Assembly (NCBI RefSeq): GCF_001447785.1
Contig: NW_015168711.1
Span: 124,001 to 188,000, forward strand
DNA: 64,000 nucleotides
Direction of reading: 5' to 3'
Source: Gekko japonicus
Taxonomy: Eukaryota
The first letter of the stretch is position 1, and each line of letters opens with the position of its first letter. The notes beneath the pieces were generated by a model. That model saw nothing but the letters and a program-made list of their open reading frames with translations. It was not told the origin of the DNA and searched no databases. Below, piece after piece: positions 37,677-49,272 of the stretch. The translations under genes were made by a program, and so were the position numbers.

Positions 37677-37716
37677 ATTATTCTTTCTGAGATTTTATGA
37701 AGAAAATCTCACCCAG
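37677..37716 (+). CDS. Candidate exon of a divergent plus-strand gene (LFFLRFYEENLTQ)
   Basis: TAG|A acceptor, CAG|GTAAAG donor, phase-compatible with 38153-38273. Confidence 0.3.
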
Positions 37717-38152
37717 GTAAAGCTGGGATGTCTAGGACGCTGTATTGGAAAGAAGGTGGAGTTGCTGTTTGTTTATATAATTGGAACTCCCTGATGTTGG
37801 GGGCAATAAATAATGCATGAAAAGGAGTATTAACATTTATATCCTTTTAAAAAGAGAAAATAGAATGACTGTGTTGTTTTATAACACTATAGTTACTACT
37901 GAGTTAGAGCCAAATAACTACTGAACTAGTGTGTTTGTATCTCTTGTTGAATTCTCTAGAAATCATGCTTCATGTTCCCAAATTTGAGCACACCTTTTGA
38001 AAAAATAGCTCTGCTTAATGGTGTGTTTAACGGGGGGTTGTTTTGCGCCATTAAAAAAAATAAAATGGTTTTATGCTAAGTTTTAGGCCAGAAACATGAG
38101 AAATATTAAATTATTAAAGCAAATATTAAAACAAGTATTTTAATTTTAATAG

Positions 38153-38273
38153 CTCTGTACAAGTGCCCATCAGGGCTCAGAGGACGTAATCCCTAAAGCC
38201 AAAGGAAAGGAGCAGATGAACCTCTGTTTAGATGATGAAGGAAACAGTGAGAAAGAGTCAGACATAAATAATG
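38153..38273 (+). CDS. Candidate exon (LCTSAHQGSEDVIPKAKGKEQMNLCLDDEGNSEKESDINN)
   Basis: TTTTAATAG acceptor, open frame, strong donor G|GTGAGT, purine-rich exon-like composition. Confidence 0.45.
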
Positions 38274-38874
38274 GTGAGTTGGCCAGAGTACAGAATATTT
38301 CTTCCTCTCCCTCCCTCTCTCTCTCTCTCTCCCCCCCCCTGTCGGTTTGTGAGCTTTGAGTTGGGAAATTCCTGGAGATTTGGGGGTGGATCATAGGGAT
38401 GGTGGGGTTTGGGGAGGGGAGGGACCTCAGTGGGGTATAATGCCATAGACTCACCTTCCAAAGCAGCAATTTCTCCAGCACAATAGATCTCTGTAACCTG
38501 GAGACCAGTTGTAATTCCAGGAGATCTCTACTCACCACTCAGAGTCTGGGAACCCTACCTCAGATCTGATGTGAAGTAGGAGATTTGCTTTTCTGTAAGA
38601 GTACCTCTTTGCCGCCACATTTTAAATAAAAACAACTATTATAAAATCATGTTCTCTTCCATATGGAACCAAACAAGGCAAGTACTGCCTTTGGAACATC
38701 CAGCCACTCAAATAAGCGGGGGGGGGGGGGGGGGGGGGGGNNNNNNNNNNNNNNNNNNNNNNNNNNNNNNNNNNNNNNNNNNNNNTTTTGAACAACCAAC
38801 CAACCAAAAAAGGGGGGGGGGGGGGGACATAACAATATGTTAAAACAAAACCTGTATCATAATATCTGTGAATA

Positions 38875-39035
38875 GGAAGAGTTGGTTTTTATACCCCGAT
38901 TTTCTCTACTCTAAGAAGTCTCTCCTTCCCTTCCTCTCCCCGTAATAGGCACCTTGTGAGGTAGGTGGGGCTGAGAGAGTTCTGAGAGAACTGTGACTAG
39001 CCCATGTCAACCACTACACCCACTACACCACGCTA
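38875..39035 (-). mobile_element. Squam3-type SINE with internal deletion
   Basis: Matches the other Squam3 copies (GGGGTATAAAAACCAACTCTT tail). Confidence 0.75.
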
Positions 39036-39161
39036 TCTTGTATACTTAGTAAGCAATATCATAATGCACAATTGAGAGAGAAAGTAGACGCTATCTTATT
39101 AACGAAGAATATTACTACTTTTAGGCACTTTGGTTATTTGATTGTTTTTAAAATGTTTTAT

Positions 39162-39638
39162 GGCCCCGTTCACATGAAGCATTTGCCACGCTAAAGATAC
39201 GGATGATAGGCAGATTTTCCAGGCACGATCACACCGTAACATCTGGGAAGCGTAGTGCACTCGTGGCTAACCTGTAGCTTCTTGCCGAAGATACGGAGGA
39301 AAAAACTAGTACATCTGGCGCTCGCCCATGTCCCGTTGCAAACCAGATGTTTTTGGTTTTTTTTAAAGTCACCACAGGATACACACAAACACCCACCAGC
39401 ACATGCGCACACTGTGATGAAGGGGAAAAAATCCCGTTTGCCATGGAAGCGGCGCCTAGTGATTGCCAGTGTGATCGCGCCGTGCCGCTTCTTTGCCGCG
39501 CTGCAGGATAGCCATGTGATTGGCACCTAATGGCATACCCATGGGACCTCCACGGGACATGTGATCAGGCTGCTGTGTGTTACTTTGCTCCAGGGCAAAC
39601 AGCCACGCTCCCCCCCCCCGCATATTCCGGCCCGTATG
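39162..39638 (+). mobile_element. PIF/Harbinger-type MITE, 3' end lost
   Basis: GGCCCCGTTCACA terminus. Interior homologous to 62418-63153. Confidence 0.7.
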
Positions 39639-40235
39639 TTTTTATGTGGATTTATGGTACTTTGTACCAATAAATGTAAGCCGCCCTGAGCCTGTTCGCG
39701 GGGAGGGCAGGATATGAATGGAATTCATAATAATAATAGTAATAGTAATAATAACAATTGTTAACAATTGTTAAAACTTAGACCATAGTTAACTGACATT
39801 TTGGGATGTAATCCAATGAAAACATTTCTATGTTATATATTTAAGCATGTTATTAAATTCTATTAATTGCACTGTGAAATTAGGCATGTCAAAGGATTGC
39901 TTCATACCTTAGTTTTAATATCCCAGTAACAAAATGACTATATTTCCCACAATGAAGATAACAGTAGGAGTGGAGAAATAATCAGCCCCTGCCTTGTATT
40001 CATTGAGGGGAATCCAAATGCTATTTACAAATGAGAGAGCCACACATATGTACTTGCTATTTAGAGTTGAATACGCTACAATGATTGAAAAATTAATACA
40101 TTTGTTATATCTTTTTAGATAATGAATTTAGAGCTAACCTATGGATGTTTACTGTACATGTATAAGGGGTATAGCTCAGTGATAGGATATTTCACTGCAG
40201 ATTGTAGTTAACCATTCAAATGAGTGGGTCCTAGT

Positions 40236-40441
40236 CAATGTTCCCTCTAAGCTTTGGAGTCCTGTGAGCAGAAATTCTACTTTGTGAGCTCCTGGCATTA
40301 AAGTTGTGAGCGAGTGATTTGGCTATTGCATTAATCAGTTTGCTCTGGAGCCATCCTTCCTGAGCCGAGACAAAAAGCTGTGAGTTGGAGGCTAAAATAC
40401 TGTGAGCTAGCTCACACTAACTCAGCTTAGGGGGAACACTG
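40236..40441 (-). mobile_element. hAT MITE (same family as 36569-36792)
   Basis: TIRs and 8-bp TSD GTCCTAGT (40228-40235 and 40442-40449). Confidence 0.9.
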
Positions 40442-41126
40442 GTCCTAGTGATGAACCTAAGGAGGGCAGGTTTGGCTAGGGGAGGGACTTCAGTGGGGTA
40501 TAATACCATCGAATCCACCCCTAAATGGTTTGTCCTAAATTCAAGATATAGTCTCCTGCTGTATATTCCAGTGCCACCAAATAGGTTCTCTATGCACCAA
40601 ATCCCTATCACATGCCCTCAAAAGGTTTCTCTATGGTTACCTTACAACTGTCTTCACCAGACTGTAGTTCAAGTCAGAGCCTTGGTGTTTTTTGAAGGAA
40701 ATAAAATATTTGGGGCAGATTTTCAGTACTTGAGATTAAAGAATAATGAAATATAAAATACTGCTGTTTTAAGAATATATTTTATTTACTGGTTTGTGCA
40801 TTATTGTTTCATGCACTTATTTACAAAAAGGACCTTTTGACTTCTTAGTGAAAGGCCATTCCATAGCATATAATCTACTCCAGAGAAAGCCTGTGACTGT
40901 CACTCTCTCTAGCTATCTTGAAGGTAGATTTTAGCAAAAGGTGTGGGGTGGAACATAATTGTTGCATGGGTTGATACAGTTTTAGCCCTTGGAACAACTT
41001 CATAGTTGAAATATGAATAAATCACCAGCTTTCATTCCATTAAGCTTTAAAAAGTGATTCAGTCAGGCATTTTTGGAATTTTAAGAAAATATAGTGGGCA
41101 CCACCCCAAAATGGCTTCACCAGTGG

Positions 41127-41337
41127 CTTTCTACAGGCACCTTTACCCACGGGCATCTTCCCTAGGCTGCCTGCAAGTGGGAAGCAGCTTGGCTGGGCTT
41201 GGTAAAGTGGGCCAAAGAGATTCTGCCTGCTGCACATGAACATCCAGCCATCTTTCCAACAGCCCAGGCAGGAGCCCAACACACCACATCACACATAGCA
41301 GAGCCTTCCTCTAACCACACACCTAACAAAGCATTTG
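41127..41337 (+). repeat. 211-bp segment duplicated identically at 44827-45037
   Basis: Direct comparison of the two segments. The ORF track also gives identical peptides at both sites. Confidence 0.95.
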
Positions 41338-41623
41338 GCATCCTCCATTAACTTGGGGTCAAAGACAGCCATACCATGTCAGGAAACACTTCAGAGAAAA
41401 GCAAAGATCTGTGGAACAGCACAGACTAAGGAACAAACGAAACATTACAGTTTTTAAACAGTTGGGTCCAGGTTTCCTGGACCACTCTCATGTTCCCGGC
41501 TGCAGCCCACACAGCAGCTGCCTCCCCCTCAAGCAGTTTTCCTGTATGAAAACAGCACTGGAGGGAATTATTTCTGTGATATTGCTGCTCTACATGCACA
41601 GATACATTACATGGAGCGGCAAA

Positions 41624-42190
41624 ATTCAATCTTCAATCTTTCAATTTATTGAACGCTCAATCCTTGCAGAGCTGCCGGCTCTGAGCGATTTACAGTTACT
41701 CATGTGTAGACACAGGACTAACAATGATGGGGGTAAGGGAGGACAACATATATCATTTTTAATCACACACACTTCGCAGTCGACAGGGAGTTTGGTCAGC
41801 TGTAAGCATCAGACGTGTCCCGGCAGCATTCTTTAGTCGGCATCGCTTGCTGTCGTCAGCATTTTCTCGGTCGCAGCACACCACTGCCACCATCTGGCCG
41901 GAATGGCCCATTGCAGGCTTTTCTTTGAAGCTGTGTAGATCTCTCTCCGCTTTTGATCTTACGTGCGGACCTTCCGTTTGTCGGCTAACACTTTCCCACC
42001 GGGGGGGTTAAGTGTGCCCACCCTCTCTAAGGAGTGGTACCCATTTTATCTACTCGCTGAAGCTTTCAAACTGCTGGGTGGACGGTGAGCTGGGGACATG
42101 GCTGGTAGCTCACACCAGTGCGGGGCTCGAACTGACAGCAGTCCTGTTCAGCTCAGATGTTTAACCAGAGGATAAATCCCCTGTGCCACC
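41624..42190 (-). mobile_element. Composite tRNA-derived SINE (Sauria-like core, L2-like tail)
   Basis: Minus strand: TGGTTAA A-box remnant, GTTCGAGCC B-box, GAGTAGATAAAATGGGTACCACT core, 3' TGTAAATCGCTCAGAGCC..TGAGCGTTCAATAAA(TTGAAGA)n. Confidence 0.65.
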
Positions 42191-43033
42191 GAAGATGTTT
42201 AAAATTGGAGGAACAACTCCCCCAGGATGGCTTCCATGTGGGAAAATGGCTTCGGAGGGAGGGAGGAGCCCTTTCCCCCCCCCCCATGCTGGTCTGAGCC
42301 CATTTGGGCTCTCTCTCTTTTTAGGAGCCATTCCCTGCAGCTGCTGTATGGCTGCCTGAGACACGAGTTGGACTGGGGAACCTGCATGAAACTCTTTTAA
42401 AAAGTATAACATTTAGTTTGGCCCTTGGTATGCATGAAGTGCTTAGGCCCTGTAAAGATTAACAGGCATAGATGAGATTCAGCACCAGCAAAACCAATTT
42501 TCTAGGACTGGACAGTTCATGCTGGTTTACTGCTCTAGGCTCAATGTCTTCCCATGCAGCCATCTTTCTGCTGGAAACATGATGTTTATTACCATTTCCT
42601 ATGGCCGTTCAACTCAGAAAATTTCTTCTCTTTCTCCCTTCCCTATTAGGTAGTTGCAGTTCATATAGGTTCTCACCAGTGTTCAGGCGTATTGCAAACT
42701 CTATTCCTGATGCTGTTCATTCCATGTTGGGATTGTTTCACTTACCTCTCTGTTTCAGTGGGGTTTGGTAAATAGGTATCTGTGTTCAGCATTGGCTAGC
42801 TAGTAACCTCAGCTCCTTTCAGAATGGGACTCACACTTAGTGGAGTTGAGAAGGTCTGCACAGTTGTGTTCCAGCAAGGAAAAGCATCAGGCTCCTCCCA
42901 TTTCCAAATGCAAGTGATTGCCAACTCTCTTCCTGTAGCAGGGCTGCCATGCATTTGAAAGCCCCATTGACAGACAGCAGAATCACAAGAACAGCTGTTT
43001 CTCTCGCTGTATGATTGCGATGTGATGATCACA

Positions 43034-43130
43034 TTATTATTATTATTATTATAAAAATTATTATTATTATTATTATTATTATTATTTCCATTTATATCCC
43101 ACCCTCGCTGTGAACAGGCTCAGGGCAGCT
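43034..43130 (-). repeat. (ATT)n microsatellite = tail of an L2 3' end
   Basis: (TTA)n followed by TTTATATCCCACCCT..GGCTCAGGGCAGCT. Confidence 0.8.
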
Positions 43131-44609
43131 CCATTGTTAAGCATCTTGCAATAGTGCAAGAGCCAGGCTAGGACAAGTGAGTTGGCAACCTCACAGCACA
43201 CTGGTCACTGCAGTTGGTTGTGAAGTGTGCTCAGCAGGTTATTGGCACTGTGTTGTGAATGAGGCCCATCCTTATCTCTGTTGGAGGCCTGCCTGGAAAC
43301 AGTTTAAAAGAGATACAAAATCGGTAATGAGTAGAGCTGTGCAGCAGCAACAAACGGTAAGTTGGTTTGAGCACTAAGCACGTGCTGTAAACAATAGTTT
43401 TGAGAGAAAACCACAGAGGTATTTTTCCAGTTTGCAGACTTCCTTGCCTTTTTCTTTGGGTTCCCCAGGCTACAGGAGTCACATATTGGGGGAGAGAGTG
43501 ATATTATTGAACCAATATTTACCCATCCTTTGTAGAGAGTTGTGTTAGAAGAACTCTGCCATTTTTCTCTAGGCGGCTCCATGGGGTTCAAATTCTGCAA
43601 GGCTGAGTGTTTGGACAGCAGTACCAGTGGTTGAGGTGGCTGGTAATCACTGCCAGACTTATGGTTGAGGGCAGCAACGGTTCTCCATCTCTGATTGGCC
43701 TCCCCTCTCTCTCCGTCCTCCTGCCTCCCTCCTCTTTCTTCAGGCTAGACAGATATTGATATGTACCCCCCTCCCGGGGTTTATGCCATCTTTTATTGTT
43801 ACAGTTGATTGTATTTTTATGATATTGATTGTATTTATTATATTGTATTATGTTTTATATGTTACCCACTCTGAGCCCGGTTCTACAGGGGCAGGTGGGC
43901 TATAAGTCTAACGAAATAAATAAATAAATTTAAAAATATATGGCTGTGTTCCCCTTTTCCTCCGCTTACATCAGCATGTCATTATGGTGATGTTCTGCCA
44001 GGGTGTATCTTCAAGGTAGCCCCCTTGTTCTGCATTGAGCTTATATTATCCTGTGCCAGCTCTATAGGAGACATTGCTAATATTGAGCAACCACTGAGGG
44101 AAGAAGGGATGTTGAGCCAGTACACAATACCTTTATGTTGTGGGGGTGGGAGGAGGACATACATTTGCAGCACTCAGAATTTGAGTCAGGGGATCTGCTC
44201 CCTTGCTTAATGCATGGAAATAGCCAGCTCTTTTGAGACACCCAGCATTTTGTGTGTGGCTGTTGCTAATGGCTTACATTTTGCTATTTTCTGGTAATAT
44301 GCACATCTGTGACAAAAAAAAATTAGGGTGAATCCCGTGGGACTGTGGCATACTGATTTCTAGAGAGAAGAGAGATTGACTCAAGAACAAAATACTTGAA
44401 TTTATTTTTCAAACATATTGTATGCTATCATGTTTCCCCAAAAGTTATTTTAACAACTGTTATAAAAAACAGTTTAAAAATATGCGGTACAACAACAGAA
44501 ATACAATAAGATTCAAGTTCACTGGCATACAGCTAAGTTTGCAGTTTAATGTCTAGAAAAAGAGATGGAACAATTTATAATAATTTTGGAATCTATCAGG
44601 TTACACTGT

Positions 44610-44826
44610 GGGGAATTTCAGACAGGCGCTATGTCCCGGTAGGGAACCGATTCTCAACCGGGTTGTGGTCTGTCATTTCAGACAGAACCCGCTTAGGAAT
44701 CGGTTCCCTACCGGGATCTAAGTGGCATTTCAGACACAGAAGCCTCTCTTCCGTATAGGAACCGGGAGGGAAGCGATTTACCTGTCAACCGCTTCCGAGG
44801 AGTCTCCCGTTCCCTCTCCCGGTTCC
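44610..44826 (+). mobile_element. Left half of a Harbinger-like MITE with an internal inverted repeat
   Basis: Repeated ATTTCAGACA motif. IR CCCGGTAGGGAACCGATTC / GAATCGGTTCCCTACCGGG. Confidence 0.55.
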
Positions 44827-45925
44827 CTTTCTACAGGCACCTTTACCCACGGGCATCTTCCCTAGGCTGCCTGCAAGTGGGAAGCAGCTTGGCTGGGCTT
44901 GGTAAAGTGGGCCAAAGAGATTCTGCCTGCTGCACATGAACATCCAGCCATCTTTCCAACAGCCCAGGCAGGAGCCCAACACACCACATCACACATAGCA
45001 GAGCCTTCCTCTAACCACACACCTAACAAAGCATTTGCCAAATGCAATTAAAACTCCTCTCTGAACTTGGATGTACTGTGCAAAGTGCCACTAAGACTAG
45101 ACGCTATAAATTAAGATTGGCATAGAATTTCAGGGAAAAGAAAACGGAGATAATAATTTTGATTGTTGTGAGATTAGCAAAGTGCTAAAAATGTTGCAAA
45201 TCCTTTCAAACAGAACCAAACAGGCAGTTTTCAAAAATATTCCCTGCTTCGTCATGCTTCATAGTCCTGTGGAAATCCATCAACAAAAAAGTAGATATAT
45301 CAGAAATTAGAATACTGTATTCACACTTCTATGTGGTATTATTTTTTATTTAACTTTTGTACTACAGAGACTCCTCCTCAGATAGAATATCCCAGCATAG
45401 AAGCAGGGTCCAAGATGGGGATTCACAGCTCAAGTATCAAAACAATGTCACAATGGTCTGTGATTGCAGTTAAGCAGGCTGTGCTGTGCCCTGCCTGGTG
45501 ACATCACTGTCTCCAGCAATCACAGTGTCCCAGAGTGGGAATGTCTCCCAGGAGACATTATGGTTGCCAACTCTGGTTTGGGAAAATCTGGGAGATTTGA
45601 GATTGGAGCCTGTGGAGGGCAAGATTTGCGGAGGGGAAGGCCCTTACTGGGGTATAATAATGCCATATAGTCCACCCTCTAAAGCAGCCATTTTCACCAG
45701 GGGAACTGACCTTTGGAATGTGGAGATCACTTGTAATTCTGGGAGCTCTCCAAGCTCCATCTGGAGGGTGGCACTTGTGTTACGTTTTAAGTTAATAAAA
45801 CAATGTTTAGCTTAAGCATAAGTTCTAGTAAAACAAAGCAGTGTTTGAATTAAAGAACTGGCCAATCAGAGAAGCATATGTTTTCAGTGGGAACCACTCT
45901 CATAGGTTCCAAGCCCTGTATTTCT

Positions 45926-46916
45926 TTTCTTTTTTTATCCCCTGAAGACAGGGTAGCTTTATTGATTTTTTGTTACACCCTACAAACTATAAAGAACAGA
46001 AAAGGGGAGGGAATAGCACCCCGGGATTAAAGAAAGTAAATATACCCACACTATGACTAAAAGCCCAAGAAAGGAGATTTTTAGCTGTTAGTATCGTTAT
46101 TTTTTCAAATCAAACATTTCATTTAAAGTCAATGAGTTAGAGAGTTAGTCAGTTCGTATTAGCAACAAGCCAGTTCAAGTGCGTAGAAAGCGTCTTTCAT
46201 CATCATCCACATTTGCGGGTATTCTTAAAGTCTTAGAGTTACTTTGGTTTTCTAAGTCTTAAATCATAGGTTTCTTTGGTCAGCGCACCACCCGCAGCAC
46301 CCAGATCTTCCTCCAAGTCCTTCTCTGCTTTATCTGCTCTGCCTCCTTGATATTGCTGGTCCGCTTCTGCCGGTCCAAAGTGCCATTTCATCCATTCTTC
46401 AGCCTTCAAAACCGAGTCAATCTTCTCCCTTTTATCTCTGTATTTAAACACAACACCTTCAGGAAAGCACCAGGAATATTGAATTTGGTTGATTTGTAGG
46501 AGTGAAATCAGTTCTTTATATACTTTCCTTTTCTGACATACTTCAAATGGAATGTCCTTTAGGACCCTGATATCCATTGCACCCAGCCTCAAGGGATTTG
46601 CCGATACTGCTTTAAGGATTACATCCCTTATCTGTCTTCGGAGGAACTTGACCACGATTTTGCCTGGCAGGTTGTTTTGCTTTGTATATCTTGAATATGA
46701 TCTATAGACCACCTCAATTTCCATTTCTGCCTCTGTCGCTGATACTCCCACCACCGGCGCAATAAATTCCAATACAAGCTTTTTCAAGTTCTCTCCTGTC
46801 GTTTCAGCAATCCCCTGAAACCTGAGTGTTTTATTAGCTTTCTCCATTTGAAAGTTCAAAAGCTTTTTTTCCCTGGGAGTCTTGCCTCTGTTCCAACACT
46901 CCCACTCTCTTTTTCA
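45926..46916 (-). mobile_element. 5'-truncated ORF1-only L1 derivative (HAL1-like)
   Basis: 10-bp TSD CTGTATTTCT (45916-45925 and 46917-46926). ORF1, then about 280 bp of 3' UTR, AATAAA and an A-rich tail. Confidence 0.75.
46239..46859 (-). CDS. L1 ORF1p C-terminal part (RRM and CTD, Transposase_22-like), 5'-truncated
   Basis: Motifs LRFQGIAE..ENL, IEVVYR, PGKIVVKF..RDVILK, VLKDIP..KRK.Y, YSW.FP. Confidence 0.8.
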   Translation of the reverse strand: MNFQMEKANKTLRFQGIAETTGENLKKLVLEFIAPVVGVSATEAEMEIEVVYRSYSRYTKQNNLPGKIVVKFLRRQIRDVILKAVSANPLRLGAMDIRVLKDIPFEVCQKRKVYKELISLLQINQIQYSWCFPEGVVFKYRDKREKIDSVLKAEEWMKWHFGPAEADQQYQGGRADKAEKDLEEDLGAAGGALTKETYDLRLRKPK

Positions 46917-47078
46917 CTGTATTTCTGTTGGTTATTATCTGTTTGTTGGGTGTGGTTTACCCTGGTTCAAATCGTATATAAGTCAGCCTGGTTGCAGGCA
47001 ATTTCGTCTTGTGTTGTTATGAGCTGAATAAACATGAATCACTTGTTTAAGAGCTGCCTCGATCTCAGTTCATAATAC

Positions 47079-47096
47079 TTGCGACGAGGATGGGAT
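47079..47096 (+). other. Primer-binding site complementary to the tRNA-Ser(GCT) 3' end
   Basis: TTGCGACGAGGATGGGAT versus TGGCGACGAGGATGGGAT (17/18), from recalled tRNA sequence. Confidence 0.75.
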
Positions 47097-47274
47097 GCAG
47101 TGGGTAGGCAGCCCCACAGAACCATTCAAGCTGAATCACTAACCGGGTAAGAAATTGTTGCCTTGGCCCTGAGAGCGAGTCACGATGGACGACCAAGGAA
47201 CAGTCACCTTGGTCCCAAGTGACAACAGCAAACCAGCACCACCGCCACTGCTGCCACAGCAGGACAAGCCTACC

Positions 47275-47460
47275 ATGGCTACTCTGAGCGTCTGGGCTAT
47301 GTAAAAAATGTTCTTTCCACAGACGCTGAGGAAAGTGGCCTTTTTGACTGCCAGCTCCGTAATCTTTGATGCGGTGGCATAGAACGCAAACCGGGAGACA
47401 AAGGTGTCCCAGTCCTCGGTGCTTGCGTCAAACGGCTCAGTCAGGTGGGCTCCTTGATTA
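47275..47460. pseudogene. Mag-type Gypsy gag 5' end, inverted
   Basis: ATGGC on + at 47275. Minus strand of 47280-47460 encodes NQGAHLTEPFDASTEDWDTFVSRFAFYATASKITELAVKKATFLSVCG. Confidence 0.75.
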
Positions 47461-48002
47461 CACCTGTGCCTCCTCAGCTGCTGTAGGACCAGGTGCGGGG
47501 TTTACAGACTCAGGTGCTGGCAATATCAACTTGTGAGGAGTCAGAGGGGCCGGCTTCTGGTTCTGGCAATGCCAGCACCTCTGGCTGTGATGCCAACTCG
47601 GGTGGGGACTCAGCGCCATCATCATCGCTCATGACACCCTCCAGCCCTCCTTGTTTCTGTAGGGTGCCCCCCTCTGATTTTGACCAAAAAATCTCCAGTC
47701 TTCTGACAATCAGGTCCTAGACACTGGGGAAAGGGAAAGCAAAGTACAATTAGAGCTAGTAAAATACCCAAACAGCTCTGTGAGTGGAACCTGGGAGAGT
47801 GGAAGACCAAATTCACACATGTCACTTAAAGGTTCCTGATGTGTAAGACAGAATTACAGTTCTAAATTAGCTTATATTGGATATCTGAATCAATTGATGA
47901 CCATGCAAAAAGTCTGATTTACAATCTCATTTCTGTGTTCATGTGCTTTATAGTACATGTGTCATTTTTGCTACCTGACCTTTATCTATTAATTTATTTC
48001 AG

Positions 48003-48047
48003 ACATACTCTGGGAAAGAAGTTCTACAAAAAAAATTCAACTTCAAG
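48003..48047 (+). CDS. Candidate 45-bp exon of the plus-strand gene
   Basis: TTTATTTCAG acceptor, AAG|GTAATA donor, open frames (TYSGKEVLQKKFNFK or ILWERSSTKKIQLQ). Confidence 0.3.
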
Positions 48048-48250
48048 GTAATACTTTCTTAGAACAAGCAGTCCTTGTAATGTATTTTTAATGTTCTGAC
48101 ACACACAAAAAACATTTTAATGGGCTCACAATGCATTGATGAGGTCATTATCTTTAGTGTTATATTAACTTTAATAAAAGGTAGGAGGTAGGAGAGAAAG
48201 CACTAGGCATTGTTGTAAAAATGCAAAAAGTAAATGAAAAATAAGACATA

Positions 48251-49272
48251 TTTGAATCCGACAAAGACGGAGGTCCTGTGCTTGAGTCGGGGCAGTCCGG
48301 GGGTAGCGATCCCACTCCCGACCTTTGATGGGGCAGCATTGGTGTCAGCACCGGAGATTAAGTTTGAGAGTGCTCTTGGATGACTCCTTAACAATGGAGG
48401 CTCAGGTAGCAGCCACTGCCAGGTTGGCCTTTTACCATCTTCGGCTGATCGGGCAGTTGGTTCCCTTCCTCGAACTCAACGACTTAGCAACGGTGATCCA
48501 TGCCATGGTCACCTCGAGATTAGACTACTGTAATGCTCTCTACATGGGGCTGCCCTTGTCACAAATCCAGAAGCTGCAGCTAGTGCAAAATGCTGCAGCC
48601 AGGCTTTTGATGGACCTCCCTATGAGGGAGCACATCCAGCCTGTTGTGAAGGCATTGCACTGGCTGCCGATAGCATACCAGATACGCTTCAATGTGCTGG
48701 TTCTTATGACCAGGGTCTGACATACCTGAGGGACCGCCTTTCCCCATATATACCCCAGAGAGCACTACGGCCAGGATCACAAAACCGATTGGCCCTCCCA
48801 GGTCCCAGGAACGCCAGGCTGGCTGCAACCAGGGCCAAGGCTTTCTTGGTGGCAGCTCCATACTGGTGGAATGAGCTCCTGGAAGAGATCAGGGCCCTGC
48901 AGGACCTTTTACAGTTCCACAGTTTTACAGTTTTACAGTTCCACCATTATCAATAACAACTGAAATCTATACAGCCTGGTTCCTGGTTTGCTCTCAACAG
49001 TCTGTGCTCGACGATTATATTTGAGAAGACCAGCGAGCTGAGCAATTAGATAAATTATGGAAAGCACTCACGTGGTAACGCCATTTTTATGACACCAAAA
49101 CAATACTGCTAGCACTTCCCTCCCATGTTTTCACAAACTGGTTTTAGATGTTTCTTGGTAAATTGAATTTTAAGACGTTTTATGGTTAATTATGTATTTA
49201 CCTCTTGTAAGCTGCCCTGAGCTTGCTTAGGCGGGGAGGGCAGGGTATAAATCGGAAAAATAAATAAATAAA
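48251..49272 (+). mobile_element. L2 3' portion
   Basis: LNPTKTEVL..TSRLDYCNALYMGLP..KLQLVQNAAARLL..LHWLPI. 3' stem-loop and (TAAA)n tail. Confidence 0.9.

Larger units (their letters stand above)
45778..47077 (+). mobile_element. Gypsy (Mag-type) 5' LTR, split by an L1 insertion
   Basis: TGTTACG...CATAATA termini, CCAAT (about 45862), TATATAA (about 46975), AATAAA (47027-47032), directly followed by the PBS. Confidence 0.7.

Noticed and set aside
37093-38843. ORFs containing poly-X or poly-P/G
   Set aside because: Artefacts of N gaps and adjacent homopolymer runs.
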